From Chloroflexota bacterium (GTDB lineage: Bacteria; Chloroflexota; UBA11872; VXNJ01): 64,000 nucleotides of DNA. The notes below the pieces were generated by a model that was given only the letters and a program-made list of their open reading frames with translations, was not told where the DNA came from and did no database searches. The position numbers and the translations under genes are program-made. This document shows, one piece after another, positions 49,901-58,847 of the stretch (position 1 is its first letter; each line of letters opens with the position of its first letter). The stretch lies in contig OZ253449.1 of assembly GCA_965261345.1 (NCBI GenBank), positions 2,176,001 to 2,240,000 of the forward strand, written 5' to 3'.

Positions 49901-50111
49901 CCAGCTCGGCGCCGATGATCGGCTTTATCCCCACCGCCTGGGCGGCCGCGGCCAGTTCCAGCGCCCCGGTCAGGTTATTGCGGTCGGTAAGGGCCAGCGC
50001 CCGATAGCCCAGCTGGGCCGCGCGGGCGACCAGTTCGTCAACCGATGAGGCTCCCCGCCCGAACGAGTACCAGCTCCGGCAGGCCAGCTCGCTGTAGCTT
50101 GGCAGCTCCAT
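46929..50111 (-). CDS. dnaE2: Error-prone DNA polymerase DnaE2 (ImuC)
   Basis: PHP domain, GRGS, PPDIDLDF, QHPGG, KIDFLALG, GVFQVES.AQ, FPEAHA..F, N.QPMGFW, C-terminal SRDW. Confidence 0.95.
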   Translation of the reverse strand: MELPSYSELACRSWYSFGRGASSVDELVARAAQLGYRALALTDRNNLTGALELAAAAQAVGIKPIIGAELAIAHDQLKPAPITLLAETGIGYANLCRLISNAHQRGDRRDPVLDRGQLAEHGQGLIALVGAPGGHLAQLLAAGNIAAARRLLGSYCQMLGNEAVFVQLQRHLAPGELAGNRDRAQLAGHLGIGIVATNGACYHDRSRHRLCDVLTAIRLNTTLDGCHRQRHPNRNYHLRERSELARLFRRWPQALANNDLIARRCMAFAAKQIRYSFPSYPIPPGFASGQAYFEHVCRAAARQRYGRIGPAVQARLDEEFRLIAKHDLAGFFLLYRQIIEWARQVAVELGHLPAGAPLAERAPGRGRGSSVAMLTGTLIGLSHVDPLQYDLPLERFLPEDRLVGPPDIDLDFPRDIREKLILKVFAELGPERAALTAMIPTYRLKGAVRDVGRALGLPATELELLARRAESRSAADLEEALTKIPQLAGKRDHRGWRDLIELGGQLQGFPKGLAQHPGGMIISSRPLSEMVPVQPSAIAGRYICQWDKHTIEDAGFVKIDFLALGALSQLQECLQLIEARHHRRLDLSRIDHADPAVYADLGRGDTVGVFQVESAAQMQTIARMKPRHLYDMALEVAAVRPGVGANDGVSEFLRRRGGRAWDYDHPLEERALAKSLGIILFQDQVVQLGMDVGGLSASESDLLRRAFQRRNNTDLLRSYWERFRDGARARGVPTAIADRIFKKFNPHYMFPEAHALAFGATAYHMAWVRHYFPVEFYCAIFNAQPMGFWSIETLKEDAHQRGVSVLGPDVNRSQLRCSPAGKAAFRMGLTFVAGVEQTSAQRMLDARVKSGNFRSLGDLVARSGLYQGALEALVKAGACDRLAGFDDRRQALWEVGLRYRPPSAQAPLPLPLGATMANLAPLPASSRMAYEYQTLGLWTDGHVMSVLRPQLAGSVLSSRQLAHVPDGVRISVAGKVLRRQRPLGQMIFMTLQDEFGMVPLAVWPSTWDRHRDALCAPLVLVEGEMSRRDGCANIMVDRARALAPPWSAELVVNEPSRDWG

Positions 50112-50113
50112 GA

Positions 50114-50407
50114 TTAGTAGCTTTGCTGGTACCAGCGCCCGCTGACCAGGTCGCAGAACACGGTCAGCAACTGTCCGCTGGCTAGCAACAGCTGGAAATA
50201 ACGGCGGCGGATCGGCTCATCGCGCCACCATTCATCATCTAGTTCCCATACGTCCAGCAGCGCCCGCACCGGAATTTGCCGGCCAGGGTGTGGTGCAACC
50301 GCCAGCGGGAGGCCGCGATCATCACTGTGCACACCGGTGGCGCGCGGCAGGTTTACGGGGCGGTAAAACGGACCAGCGCCTGGCGCCGTTCCGGAATGCG
50401 TGACCAT
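50114..50407 (-). CDS. Stand-alone ImuB C-terminal-like protein
   Basis: W...DEWW....RRRYFQL......VF.D...GRW pattern; lies between imuB and dnaE2. Confidence 0.75.
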   Translation of the reverse strand: MVTHSGTAPGAGPFYRPVNLPRATGVHSDDRGLPLAVAPHPGRQIPVRALLDVWELDDEWWRDEPIRRRYFQLLLASGQLLTVFCDLVSGRWYQQSY

Positions 50408-51552
50408 GGTTCTACTTCAATTACCCGCAGCAACGCCTCGCCGGCGAGGCGTTTACCCAGCCGGGCTACCGCGACCTGCAGGTCGGTTTTGCGCGATTGC
50501 GACCAGAGTTCGGCCTGGATGGTGGGCACCGTATCAAGCTGGCCCAGTTCGACCTGGAGGTTCTCGACCGGACCGGGCAGGCCCAGTGGCCCATCGCCCA
50601 GCCCCGCCAGTCCTGCCTGGATGGCTGAGTGGGCGGCGGCGGGGCTGGCGGCCAACTCCTTGAAAGTGTGCCTAAAAGACCAGGTCGGGTGATCGCTGAT
50701 CTGCCCGATCAGGACCGCTTGACCAGCTGCCCTTCCCTCCATTGCCGGGAGGCGGTATAGGCGCTGCAACAGGGCCAGCAGCCCACTGCTGAAGGCCTCT
50801 ACACTCACCGCTGGAAATGGAAACTCGAGCCGGTCGGCAGCCGTTGGCGTGGCCGGCAATGGCCTTAAAGGGGCGTGGTCGCGACCCTGGGCCAGCTCCC
50901 AGGCCCGGGCCCCGTCGGGACCGAAGCGCGCGCGCAGGGCCGCTTGCGGCTGGGCGGCCAGGTCGCCGATGCACTGTAGGCCGAAATCCTCAAGCAGTCG
51001 ACGCGTTGCCTCCGGCAACGGCAGCAGCGATAGCGGCAGATCAGCCAGGAAGGACCGCAAGGCCTCCGGACTGGTCGGAGCCGGCAGCATCTGATTGGCG
51101 CCCGACTGCTCGGCCGCACAATAGGCTGCGAATTTCCCCGTGCCCATCCCCAGCCGAACCTCCCAGTCGCCCGCGACGGCAGCGCGCAGGCGGCCGGTTA
51201 GGCCGCCAATGCCCCCGTAGAGCGCGGCCAGCCCACCTATATCGATGTAGGCATGACCCGGATCGGTGCTTTCAACCCCGGGAAAGCAGTTGGCCAGATG
51301 ACCGATTACGCGTTCCCAACAGAGGCGGTAATGGACCGGGTCGGCGGCAATGAGGGCCACATCCGGGTAACTGGCCAGAATCTGGCTGAGCGGGGTTCCC
51401 GGCCGGGCGCCGATTGTCGGACTTGCCTCGCGTAGCCGCGGGCGCGAGGCGATGCCGTCGTAGATTACCAGCGGGCGTCCGGCCAGCTCGCGATGGCGTG
51501 CTGATTCGGCCTGCAGGGCCAGCCGGGGAATGATCAAACAAGCTACATACAT
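50353..51552 (-). CDS. imuB: ImuB-like inactive Y-family polymerase
   Basis: Y-family fold with degenerate catalytic motifs (VES...G.AYID), GKFAA, FGL..IGDL, RFG; C-terminal SRIPERR; start ATG 51552. Confidence 0.85.
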   Translation of the reverse strand: MYVACLIIPRLALQAESARHRELAGRPLVIYDGIASRPRLREASPTIGARPGTPLSQILASYPDVALIAADPVHYRLCWERVIGHLANCFPGVESTDPGHAYIDIGGLAALYGGIGGLTGRLRAAVAGDWEVRLGMGTGKFAAYCAAEQSGANQMLPAPTSPEALRSFLADLPLSLLPLPEATRRLLEDFGLQCIGDLAAQPQAALRARFGPDGARAWELAQGRDHAPLRPLPATPTAADRLEFPFPAVSVEAFSSGLLALLQRLYRLPAMEGRAAGQAVLIGQISDHPTWSFRHTFKELAASPAAAHSAIQAGLAGLGDGPLGLPGPVENLQVELGQLDTVPTIQAELWSQSRKTDLQVAVARLGKRLAGEALLRVIEVEPWSRIPERRQALVRFTAP

Positions 51553-51837
51553 AGTCCATGATGATATCAAAACAAGATATGAAAGATGCATACGTTTAGC
51601 TAACGCAATAATGCAATTACCGCCCACGTCCGGGTAGCCCGATGCCCGGATCCGATTTGCCAATAGCCGGCTCTCCCCTGCCGGTCCGGTCCGCCAGCGG
51701 CGGCTTTTTTAAAAAATCCCTTGTAAGGTCGGGTAATTTGGAGCGCAAATTGATAATTTGGAGGCTGAGCGTTTCAAACTGTCCGTTTTGTGCTGGAATG
51801 CCCTGGCCTAAAGCACCGATTCGTCCTGGGAGCTGCC

Positions 51838-52878
51838 GTGCCGTTGACTGACGACTTTCAAATTCCGGTATCAGATGCGCCGTTTTGCGCCGAGACCGAC
51901 CTGTCTGCCCAGCAGGACTGGCGGACCCCCATCGATCGTTTCTTCGTGCGCAGCCACTTTGCCGAGCCGACGCTTGGCACCGACCATCAGATTTCCATCC
52001 GGGGCGCGGTTGCCCGACCCTACTCGCTCGGCAGCGATCAGCTGCTGGAAATGGAATCGGTGACCCATACGGTCACCATCGAGTGCGCCGGCAACAGCCG
52101 ATCGTATCTCTCACCGCCGGCGGCGGGCCTGCAGTTCCAGCATGGTGCGGCCGGCAACGCCAGCTGGGAAGGGGTGCCGCTGGCCGTGCTGCTGGAGTCG
52201 GCCGAGATCCTGCCCGGAGCGCTGGAGGTCCTGTTCCGCGGGGCCGATGCCGGTATGGAGGGCGGCGAGCACATGAGCTTTGAGCGCTCGCTGCCACTTG
52301 ACCGGGCGCTTTCACCCGATACGATCGTTGCGCATTCGATGAATGGTCGCCTGCTTACCCGGTCCCATGGGTTCCCGGCCCGCCTGATCGTGCCCGGCTG
52401 GTACGGGATGGCCTCGGTCAAATGGCTAACCGATATCGAGGTGATCGATTACCATTTTGACGGCCACTTCCAGTCCGATGCCTACACCTTTATTAATCCC
52501 GGCGCCGGCTCGGGCCCCAATCCCCCGGTTACGACCATGGCGATCAAGTCGGTCATCACCCGGCCGAACCAGGGCGCCAGGTTGCGGGGTCCGGTTACGA
52601 TTTCCGGTTTTGCCTGGTCGGGCAATGGCTTGGTAGACCTGGTCGAGGTGAGCCCCGACCAGGGCGAAAGCTGGATTGCCGCCGATTTGGCGCCGACCGA
52701 TTCCCCGCGTGCCTGGCGCGGGTGGAGCCTGGACTGGCATCCGCCGGGCAGCGGACACTATGTTCTTTCCGCCCGGGCCCGCGATGCGGCCGGCAACATG
52801 CAACCGCGACGAGCCAGCTGGAATTACCGCGGCTACGTAAATAACGCGATGCAGGCCATCTCGGTCATTGTTGAATAG
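51838..52878 (+). CDS. Sulfite oxidase-family molybdoenzyme
   Basis: TP...FFVRSH, ECAGN (Mo-ligating Cys), MNG..L...HGFPARL.VPGWYG..SVKWL, KSVI, G.AWSG; no Tat signal; start inferred at GTG 51838. Confidence 0.92.
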   Translation: MPLTDDFQIPVSDAPFCAETDLSAQQDWRTPIDRFFVRSHFAEPTLGTDHQISIRGAVARPYSLGSDQLLEMESVTHTVTIECAGNSRSYLSPPAAGLQFQHGAAGNASWEGVPLAVLLESAEILPGALEVLFRGADAGMEGGEHMSFERSLPLDRALSPDTIVAHSMNGRLLTRSHGFPARLIVPGWYGMASVKWLTDIEVIDYHFDGHFQSDAYTFINPGAGSGPNPPVTTMAIKSVITRPNQGARLRGPVTISGFAWSGNGLVDLVEVSPDQGESWIAADLAPTDSPRAWRGWSLDWHPPGSGHYVLSARARDAAGNMQPRRASWNYRGYVNNAMQAISVIVE

Positions 52879-52939
52879 CCCGGGGCACCCACAAGGCCCT
52901 CGCCGATTGGCCGGGGTTCCGCCGGCGCCGGCGTCGGCT

Positions 52940-53013
52940 TGGCTGGGGTAGAAGGATTCGAACCTCCGCTACGTGGGCCAGAACCACGCGTCCTACCGCT
53001 AGACGATACCCCA
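52940..53013 (-). tRNA. tRNA-Gln(CTG)
   Basis: Reverse complement TGGGGTATCGTCTAGCGGTAGGACGCGTGGTTCTGGCCCACGTAGCGGAGGTTCGAATCCTTCTACCCCAGCCA; anticodon loop TTCTGGC; CCA encoded. Confidence 0.96.
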
Positions 53014-53093
53014 ATTGGCGCCGGGTTGAATCAGCGTTGAAAATGTTAGCAAGCAACCTACCGCCAATCAGCCCCACCGACAGGCCCGCCTAA

Positions 53094-55529
53094 GTGATCC
53101 GAACGAGTCCGATTTACCACGCCGGGCGGCCCGCAGCGGGCCGATTGCTGCTGTTTGCCCTAGCGCTCTTTTCAGCGCTGGCGCTGGCGGGCGGGGCCGC
53201 CGCGGTCGCGGTGCGGGCGCTGGGTGAAGAAAACGAGGGGATTTGCAATTACTCGGCGCCGATGCGCAATGCCCTGCTTGCGCACGAGGAAAAGGAATTC
53301 TTCCTGTGTGATTCGTCTCCGTTTACCGATGATGATCAGGACTTTATCTGGGCCGGCGATCTGGACCTGGCAAGCCATGTGGGCTCGTACTTTACCCCCG
53401 GCCAGGGCGAGCTGGACGGCTATGCTGCAGGGTCACGCGTGGATTTGATCAGGCCCGGCTTTGCGGTAGACGACATAAATGCCGACGCGGCGCTGGAGTC
53501 GTACCGGAACAACGAGGATTACCGTGAGTTCGGCATCGATTCCCAAGGGTCGGAGGCCGATCGGCAAAACTCCGACGGAGTGCTGGGTCTAACCTTCCTG
53601 CTGGACGGTTCACCGCCGGCCCGCAGCGGATTGACCAGCGACAGGTTCTTCGGCACCGAGGGCGAACTGGTGTGGATTACCTTCCAGATGGGGGATCCGC
53701 CGGATGGATTCTCCAACTGGAAGGATTCTGATCTCGATGGCGATGGTTTTTATCTAACGCTTGAGCTGGAAATTGAAACGTCCGGCGATTCGCGCTCGGT
53801 TTTCTTCCTGGTCAATTCGGATGATCCGCCCGATACCCTCTATGCAATCCCATTCTTAATTCCCGAAAACGATGAGATCGAATCGACCCAACGGGTTGAC
53901 GTGAACCTGACCCCAGTCGGCGTATACGACACCCGCGTGGACGCCGCCGACCTGGCGCCGACCGACTACATCGACGATGAGGAAGATCGATTCGAAGAGA
54001 TCGAGCGGGCGCTCGCGCGCGGCGATCGGGCAACCCTTGAGGTGAGCGACGACGACCTGCCGGCCAATCGGGTTTGTGACCGCAGCCGGGTGGTAACCGA
54101 GGCGCTGGAGGCGGCCACCGGTGATGATTGCGATGAAATCAGCGTCGCCGACCTGGCCGGCATCGCCGACCTTGATCTTTCGGAGCTGGGAATCGAGACA
54201 CTGGCCGCCGATGATTTCGCCGGCCTCGCAAAGTTGCGGAGATTGGACTTGGCTGGAAATGACATCTCCAGCCTGCCGGCCGGCGTTTTTTCCGGGGTCG
54301 GCTCCGAACTGACCGCGCCGACGGTGGCAGTGATTGACATAAGTGACAATGCCGGTCCCGCCGATCGCGGATTTTCACTGGCCAACGTGTCAAGCCGATT
54401 TCGCGCGAGCATGAAAGCGCGCCAGGCCGTCCGGCTCAATTCGTTCGTTAACATAAGCGACCCCAGCTACGGTTTCGAAGATTCCTCGTATTCGGTTCGC
54501 GAGGGGCAAAACCTGGTTGTCGGGCTCTCGGCCTTCCGCGATAGCACTATCACGTTCCGGGCGTTTGCGCGCGACAGCGGGCGCTATTCCGACACCGATT
54601 GCCAAGCCCCCTGTGAGGCCCCCGGGGCAGCGGTGATCGATGAGGACGGAGAGTATCTGCTCGGGTTTTCGGTACCGATCGACGAAGACGAGAACGACGA
54701 TACCTTCACCATGCTTTACGGAGCGGGCATTGATCCCGACTCACTGGACTCGATCGCCGGCCTGGCAAAGCTCACCGTGACCGAAGCGGCGGTTGTGCTA
54801 CCCAGCGAATTTGATTCGATCGTGGTATTGGCGGGCACCGAACTGATTACGGCCCCGAACAATCCCGACTTAGACCACAACCTCTCTGATCTATCAGTTA
54901 CCCGCGGCCGGCTGCGCCTGAACGCTCCTTTCCGGCAGTTCTACTACGACACCGGCGGCCTTACACGCTGGGGCTACCCGACCTCGGAAGTCCTTATGCT
55001 TGAACCTGGCACGCTTTCGCAGTTCTTCCAGCGCGGTGTGGTCGACTTTCACGATGTCGGCTTCGGCTGGATCCTGGAACGGCGATTGACCTGGGACTAC
55101 GTAGGTGGTGGAGCCGGCGGAAGCTTTGACCAGGGGGTCGAACCGGCGCCGGTTCAACCGGGCGGCGGACCGGTGGTCGGATTCGGTCACGCAGTGACCA
55201 ACCAGACCGCCAGCGGGGGTCGCACCGGATTCCTCGACACCTACAACGAACTCGGCGGAGTGGACAGTTTCGGCTATGCCAAGACGGCTGCGCGGGTGGA
55301 CACCAACCTGCCGGGGACGCTATTCGAACCCGGTACAACCCCAGGATTTATTCGACAGTACTTCCAGGCGGCAATCTTCCAGCGCTCTGCGGCGGGCACC
55401 GTCGAAATTACCCTGCTGGGCGATACGCTGCGCAATCAGTTGGTGCCGCAGCACTCCAGCATCCCCGCCTTCAGGCGCGCCAACCGGCTGCTGGAAGGTC
55501 AGGTCCTGAATCTGCAGCTGATCAATTGA
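53094..55529 (+). CDS. Secreted acidic leucine-rich-repeat protein with C-terminal cell-surface repeats
   Basis: Signal/TM N-terminus; Cys cap plus LRR (LDLS..GIETL..DDFAGL..LRRLDL.GN.ISSLP.GVF); two C-terminal F...GG....GY....Q.FQ repeats. Confidence 0.8.
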   Translation: MIRTSPIYHAGRPAAGRLLLFALALFSALALAGGAAAVAVRALGEENEGICNYSAPMRNALLAHEEKEFFLCDSSPFTDDDQDFIWAGDLDLASHVGSYFTPGQGELDGYAAGSRVDLIRPGFAVDDINADAALESYRNNEDYREFGIDSQGSEADRQNSDGVLGLTFLLDGSPPARSGLTSDRFFGTEGELVWITFQMGDPPDGFSNWKDSDLDGDGFYLTLELEIETSGDSRSVFFLVNSDDPPDTLYAIPFLIPENDEIESTQRVDVNLTPVGVYDTRVDAADLAPTDYIDDEEDRFEEIERALARGDRATLEVSDDDLPANRVCDRSRVVTEALEAATGDDCDEISVADLAGIADLDLSELGIETLAADDFAGLAKLRRLDLAGNDISSLPAGVFSGVGSELTAPTVAVIDISDNAGPADRGFSLANVSSRFRASMKARQAVRLNSFVNISDPSYGFEDSSYSVREGQNLVVGLSAFRDSTITFRAFARDSGRYSDTDCQAPCEAPGAAVIDEDGEYLLGFSVPIDEDENDDTFTMLYGAGIDPDSLDSIAGLAKLTVTEAAVVLPSEFDSIVVLAGTELITAPNNPDLDHNLSDLSVTRGRLRLNAPFRQFYYDTGGLTRWGYPTSEVLMLEPGTLSQFFQRGVVDFHDVGFGWILERRLTWDYVGGGAGGSFDQGVEPAPVQPGGGPVVGFGHAVTNQTASGGRTGFLDTYNELGGVDSFGYAKTAARVDTNLPGTLFEPGTTPGFIRQYFQAAIFQRSAAGTVEITLLGDTLRNQLVPQHSSIPAFRRANRLLEGQVLNLQLIN

Positions 55530-55605
55530 CCGGGCCGGTTAGCGCCGGCCAGGCAGCGCCCGCCGCAGTCTGGCTGGCAATTGGTCGCGTCGCGTTGACG
55601 GGAGG

Positions 55606-56172
55606 GTGCGAGTCGTGCAATTAGGCTGGCGGACGGTGGCTTCGCGATTGGCCTGGAGCGGCCGCTTTCCGGTGTTTGAGGATGAGATCGAAGCCGAATT
55701 CGACGGACGCCGCCACACCTACACCTACCTTGCCTCGCGGGCCCGGGCGGTTTCCATCCTGGCCCAGGGCGTGGACGGTCGGATATTAACGGTGCGCGAA
55801 TACCGTCACCCGCTCGGACAGGTCGTGCGCGACCTGCCGATGGGGTCGCTGCGCAAGGATGAGGACCCGTTGGCGGGGGCGGCCCGCGAACTGCGTGAAG
55901 AAACCGGGTACCGCGCCGGTAAGCTCGCATGGTTTGGCGCGGTGCATCCGATTCCGGCGCTCACCCGCCTTCGTTTGGAGTATTTTTTCGCCCAAAACCT
56001 CGAATTCGTCGGCGCCCAGCGCGATGAATCAGAAATCATGGAAACCGATTGGCTAGAACTGGGGCAAGTGGTCGCTGGAATCGAGGCCGGCAACCTGCAG
56101 GCCGGTTCGATCCAGTTGGGGGTCCTAATGGCCGCCCAGCGCGGTTTGATCTGCCTGCCCGCGCCGGCATGA
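55606..56172 (+). CDS. NUDIX hydrolase (ADP-ribose pyrophosphatase-like)
   Basis: EYRHP, LP.G.....E....AARELREETG Nudix box. Confidence 0.9.
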   Translation: MRVVQLGWRTVASRLAWSGRFPVFEDEIEAEFDGRRHTYTYLASRARAVSILAQGVDGRILTVREYRHPLGQVVRDLPMGSLRKDEDPLAGAARELREETGYRAGKLAWFGAVHPIPALTRLRLEYFFAQNLEFVGAQRDESEIMETDWLELGQVVAGIEAGNLQAGSIQLGVLMAAQRGLICLPAPA

Positions 56173-57695
56173 AGCCCGAAACGCCTACCCGGCCGCGCTA
56201 TCGGATCGCCCCCAGCCCCACCGGCTCGATCCACATCGGCACCGCCCGGACGGCGCTTTACAACTACCTGCTAGCCCGTCAAAGCGGTGGAGATTTCGTG
56301 TTACGGGTCGAGGACACCGCCCGCGATCGAAACCGGCCTGAATGGGAAGCGGCGATATATTCGGGGCTTGCCTGGTTGGGCCTGGATTGGGATGAGGGTC
56401 CCGATATCGGCGGGCCCTATGGGCCCTACCGCCAGAGCGAACGCTTAGAACAACATCGCGTCTGGCTTGATCGCCTCATTTGCAGCGGCCGGGTCTATCG
56501 CTGTTTTTGCAGCCCGGAAGAGCTGGCTCAGGAACGCTGGGACGCCCAGCGGGCCAAACTACCGCCGCGCTATTCCGGGCGCTGCCGGCGGCTGTCGGAT
56601 GCTCAGGTTTCCGCCCGCCTGGCGGGCGGTGAACCTGCCACCTACCGCTTTGCGGTCCCGCAAAAAAGCGTTGGCTACCCGGATTTGATAATGGGTAACC
56701 TGGAGGAAGACGCGGCCCTGTGGGGTGATTTCATCGTGGCCCGTTCCGACCACTCACCGGTCTACAACTTCGCCGTGGTGGCCGACGACTGCGACATGGC
56801 CATTACCTGCGTTCTGCGGGGGGCCGACCACATCTCCAACACGTTCAAGCAACTGGTGCTCTATGAGGCGCTCGGGGTTGAGGCTCCGCAGTTTGGGCAC
56901 ATCCCCTTGGCGCTTAATGCAAAACGGCAAAAGCTCTCCAAACGGGACGGATCGGTCTCGATTGCCGAATACCGCGATCTGGGCTATCTCCCCGAGGCGG
57001 CAAACAATTTCATGGCCCTCCTGGGGTGGAACCCCGGCGATGAACGTGAGTTTTTCACCCTTGACCAACTGGTGTCCGAGTTCTCCGTGGCGCGCATCAA
57101 TCGCTCCAACGGGGTCTTCGACAACGATCGCCTGGACTGGTTCAACGGTCAATATCTGCGCCAGTTGAAGCTCCCGCAACTGGCCGAACGGGCCTGGACC
57201 TGGCTGCAGGCGAGTGGCTACTTTGACGGTGCGGGTTCCCCGCGGAAATCGATCGGCGATGGAACCCTCGACTTCCAGCCGGTGGACCGCCCCGAGCGCG
57301 AGTACTTTTCCTCCGCCCTGGGCCTGGAACAGGAGCGGATCAAGAAACTGGCCGATCTGCCGGCGGTCATTTCGTTCTTTTTCGTCGATCGCGTCGATCC
57401 CGAGTTAAAGGATCTGGTGGCCCGCCGGCAGAGCCCCCAGGACACCGCGGCCGCGCTTACCCGGGTGGCCGATTGGACCCGCGGGCGCGATCTTTCCGAT
57501 CTGGCCGCCACCGAAGATTTCCTCCGCAGCCTGGCCGCAAGTCTGGGTTGGAAGGCCGGAGTATTGTTCATGCCAATCCGGATCGCGCTGACCGGTTCGA
57601 AGGCGACTCCGCCGCTATTTGAAACGATGGCCGTCCTGGGCGCCGGTCGGGTCCAGGACCGGCTCCGCCGGGCCGTTGCGGGCCTTGATGGCTAG
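56169..57695 (+). CDS. gltX: Glutamate--tRNA ligase
   Basis: APSPTG..HIG, RVEDT, YRQSER, RGADH, KLSKR, LLGW, P.R.ALTG; ATGA overlap with the NUDIX gene. Confidence 0.96.
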   Translation: MKPETPTRPRYRIAPSPTGSIHIGTARTALYNYLLARQSGGDFVLRVEDTARDRNRPEWEAAIYSGLAWLGLDWDEGPDIGGPYGPYRQSERLEQHRVWLDRLICSGRVYRCFCSPEELAQERWDAQRAKLPPRYSGRCRRLSDAQVSARLAGGEPATYRFAVPQKSVGYPDLIMGNLEEDAALWGDFIVARSDHSPVYNFAVVADDCDMAITCVLRGADHISNTFKQLVLYEALGVEAPQFGHIPLALNAKRQKLSKRDGSVSIAEYRDLGYLPEAANNFMALLGWNPGDEREFFTLDQLVSEFSVARINRSNGVFDNDRLDWFNGQYLRQLKLPQLAERAWTWLQASGYFDGAGSPRKSIGDGTLDFQPVDRPEREYFSSALGLEQERIKKLADLPAVISFFFVDRVDPELKDLVARRQSPQDTAAALTRVADWTRGRDLSDLAATEDFLRSLAASLGWKAGVLFMPIRIALTGSKATPPLFETMAVLGAGRVQDRLRRAVAGLDG

Positions 57696-58083
57696 TCCGG
57701 GCAGTAGTCCGCCAGGGGGCGCCGAGATGGGCTGCAATATCGGCCCTGCGCACCGCCGCCGCAGATTGATCAGCGGGTTCATCATGATCCAATTGACGAT
57801 CATCGGGTTTGCCATCCTGCTGGCCGTCGGGGCCGAACCTTGGCAGCGGGCACTTGTAGGGATTCCGCTCTGGGCTGGCTTGGTATGGATTGGACAGTTC
57901 CAGCAGCGAATCTGCATCTATTTCGTTTTTGCCGGAATATCCGACCCCGCGCTTGGGATATCGGCAGAGCAGCTTCAATCCGCGGCCTACCGGCGTGCCG
58001 TGCGCGCCCGCACGCGAACGCTGGTTGGGGTCAGCTTTCTGATCGCCTTGGCGGTTGCGGCCCTTTCGCTGCTAGTTCCCTAG
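57688..58083 (+). CDS. Small hypothetical membrane protein
   Basis: Overlaps the gltX stop; CNIG...RRRR followed by about three TM helices. Confidence 0.65.
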   Translation: MASPGSSPPGGAEMGCNIGPAHRRRRLISGFIMIQLTIIGFAILLAVGAEPWQRALVGIPLWAGLVWIGQFQQRICIYFVFAGISDPALGISAEQLQSAAYRRAVRARTRTLVGVSFLIALAVAALSLLVP

Positions 58084-58847
58084 GGATCTAGCAGCCACAG
58101 TTTCGCCCGACCGATCGGGTCGCTCGGGACTCGAAGATGACTGGGGTGCGTAATGGTTCCCGCCACCGCCCCAGCTTGGCCACTCCAACCATTCCACCAA
58201 CCCGGGGCCTTCGCCCATCGCTCCCCTCGGCACCAGGGAGGGATCGAACTCATCCTCGATAACCGGTTCGATTGGAGCATTAAACGAGGGATGCTCGGCA
58301 AAGTCGGGTATTTAAAGTGACCACATAGGGTTTCGCCCAAGAGGGTCAGCGGCAGGCGCAGCGGTCGCTTTGGGAGGTCGCTGGGGATTGAAAGATTGCG
58401 CCGGTTCAGCGCTTGGATTGACCACGGCGGCCATCTGGGTCGAGTCGGCGGTGGGGTTCGAGTTATCGACTACAGACTGCCCGGTCGCAAATTCAACGTC
58501 GATTAGGGATCGGTGCAACTGGCCCACAGTACGGATCGGGCAATCGCTGCGGCCGGCAGTGCCAGGGCGCCTCCGTCGGGGGCCGAAATTGTGCGTTTGA
58601 TGGGCACTTGCAACATTTGCGGCATATTTTGCGCAGTTGGCTGCGGCCTGAACGGTAGCCGATGCGGTTTACCCTCGGGCGCGGTGCAATTGAACTCAGT
58701 TTTTTGGAAGATCGGTCCGAATAACTTGTACCGGGCGGCATGGTGCGAATAATTTTTGACCAGTGGCGCTGGGACCCCAACTGTCGGGTTGATCGCCACC
58801 GGAATCGGGACGGCTCGGTACGAACGCTTGAGCGGGTGGCCGGACTG

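Noticed and set aside
51553-51640. LexA/SOS box upstream of imuB
   Set aside because: The region is AT-rich and promoter-like, but no convincing GAAC-N4-GTTC or CTGT-N8-ACAG site was found.
58080-58799. Short minus-strand ORFs (58080..58340, 58312..58527, 58503..58799)
   Set aside because: No recognisable motifs or RBS; they could not be joined into a credible frameshifted gene.
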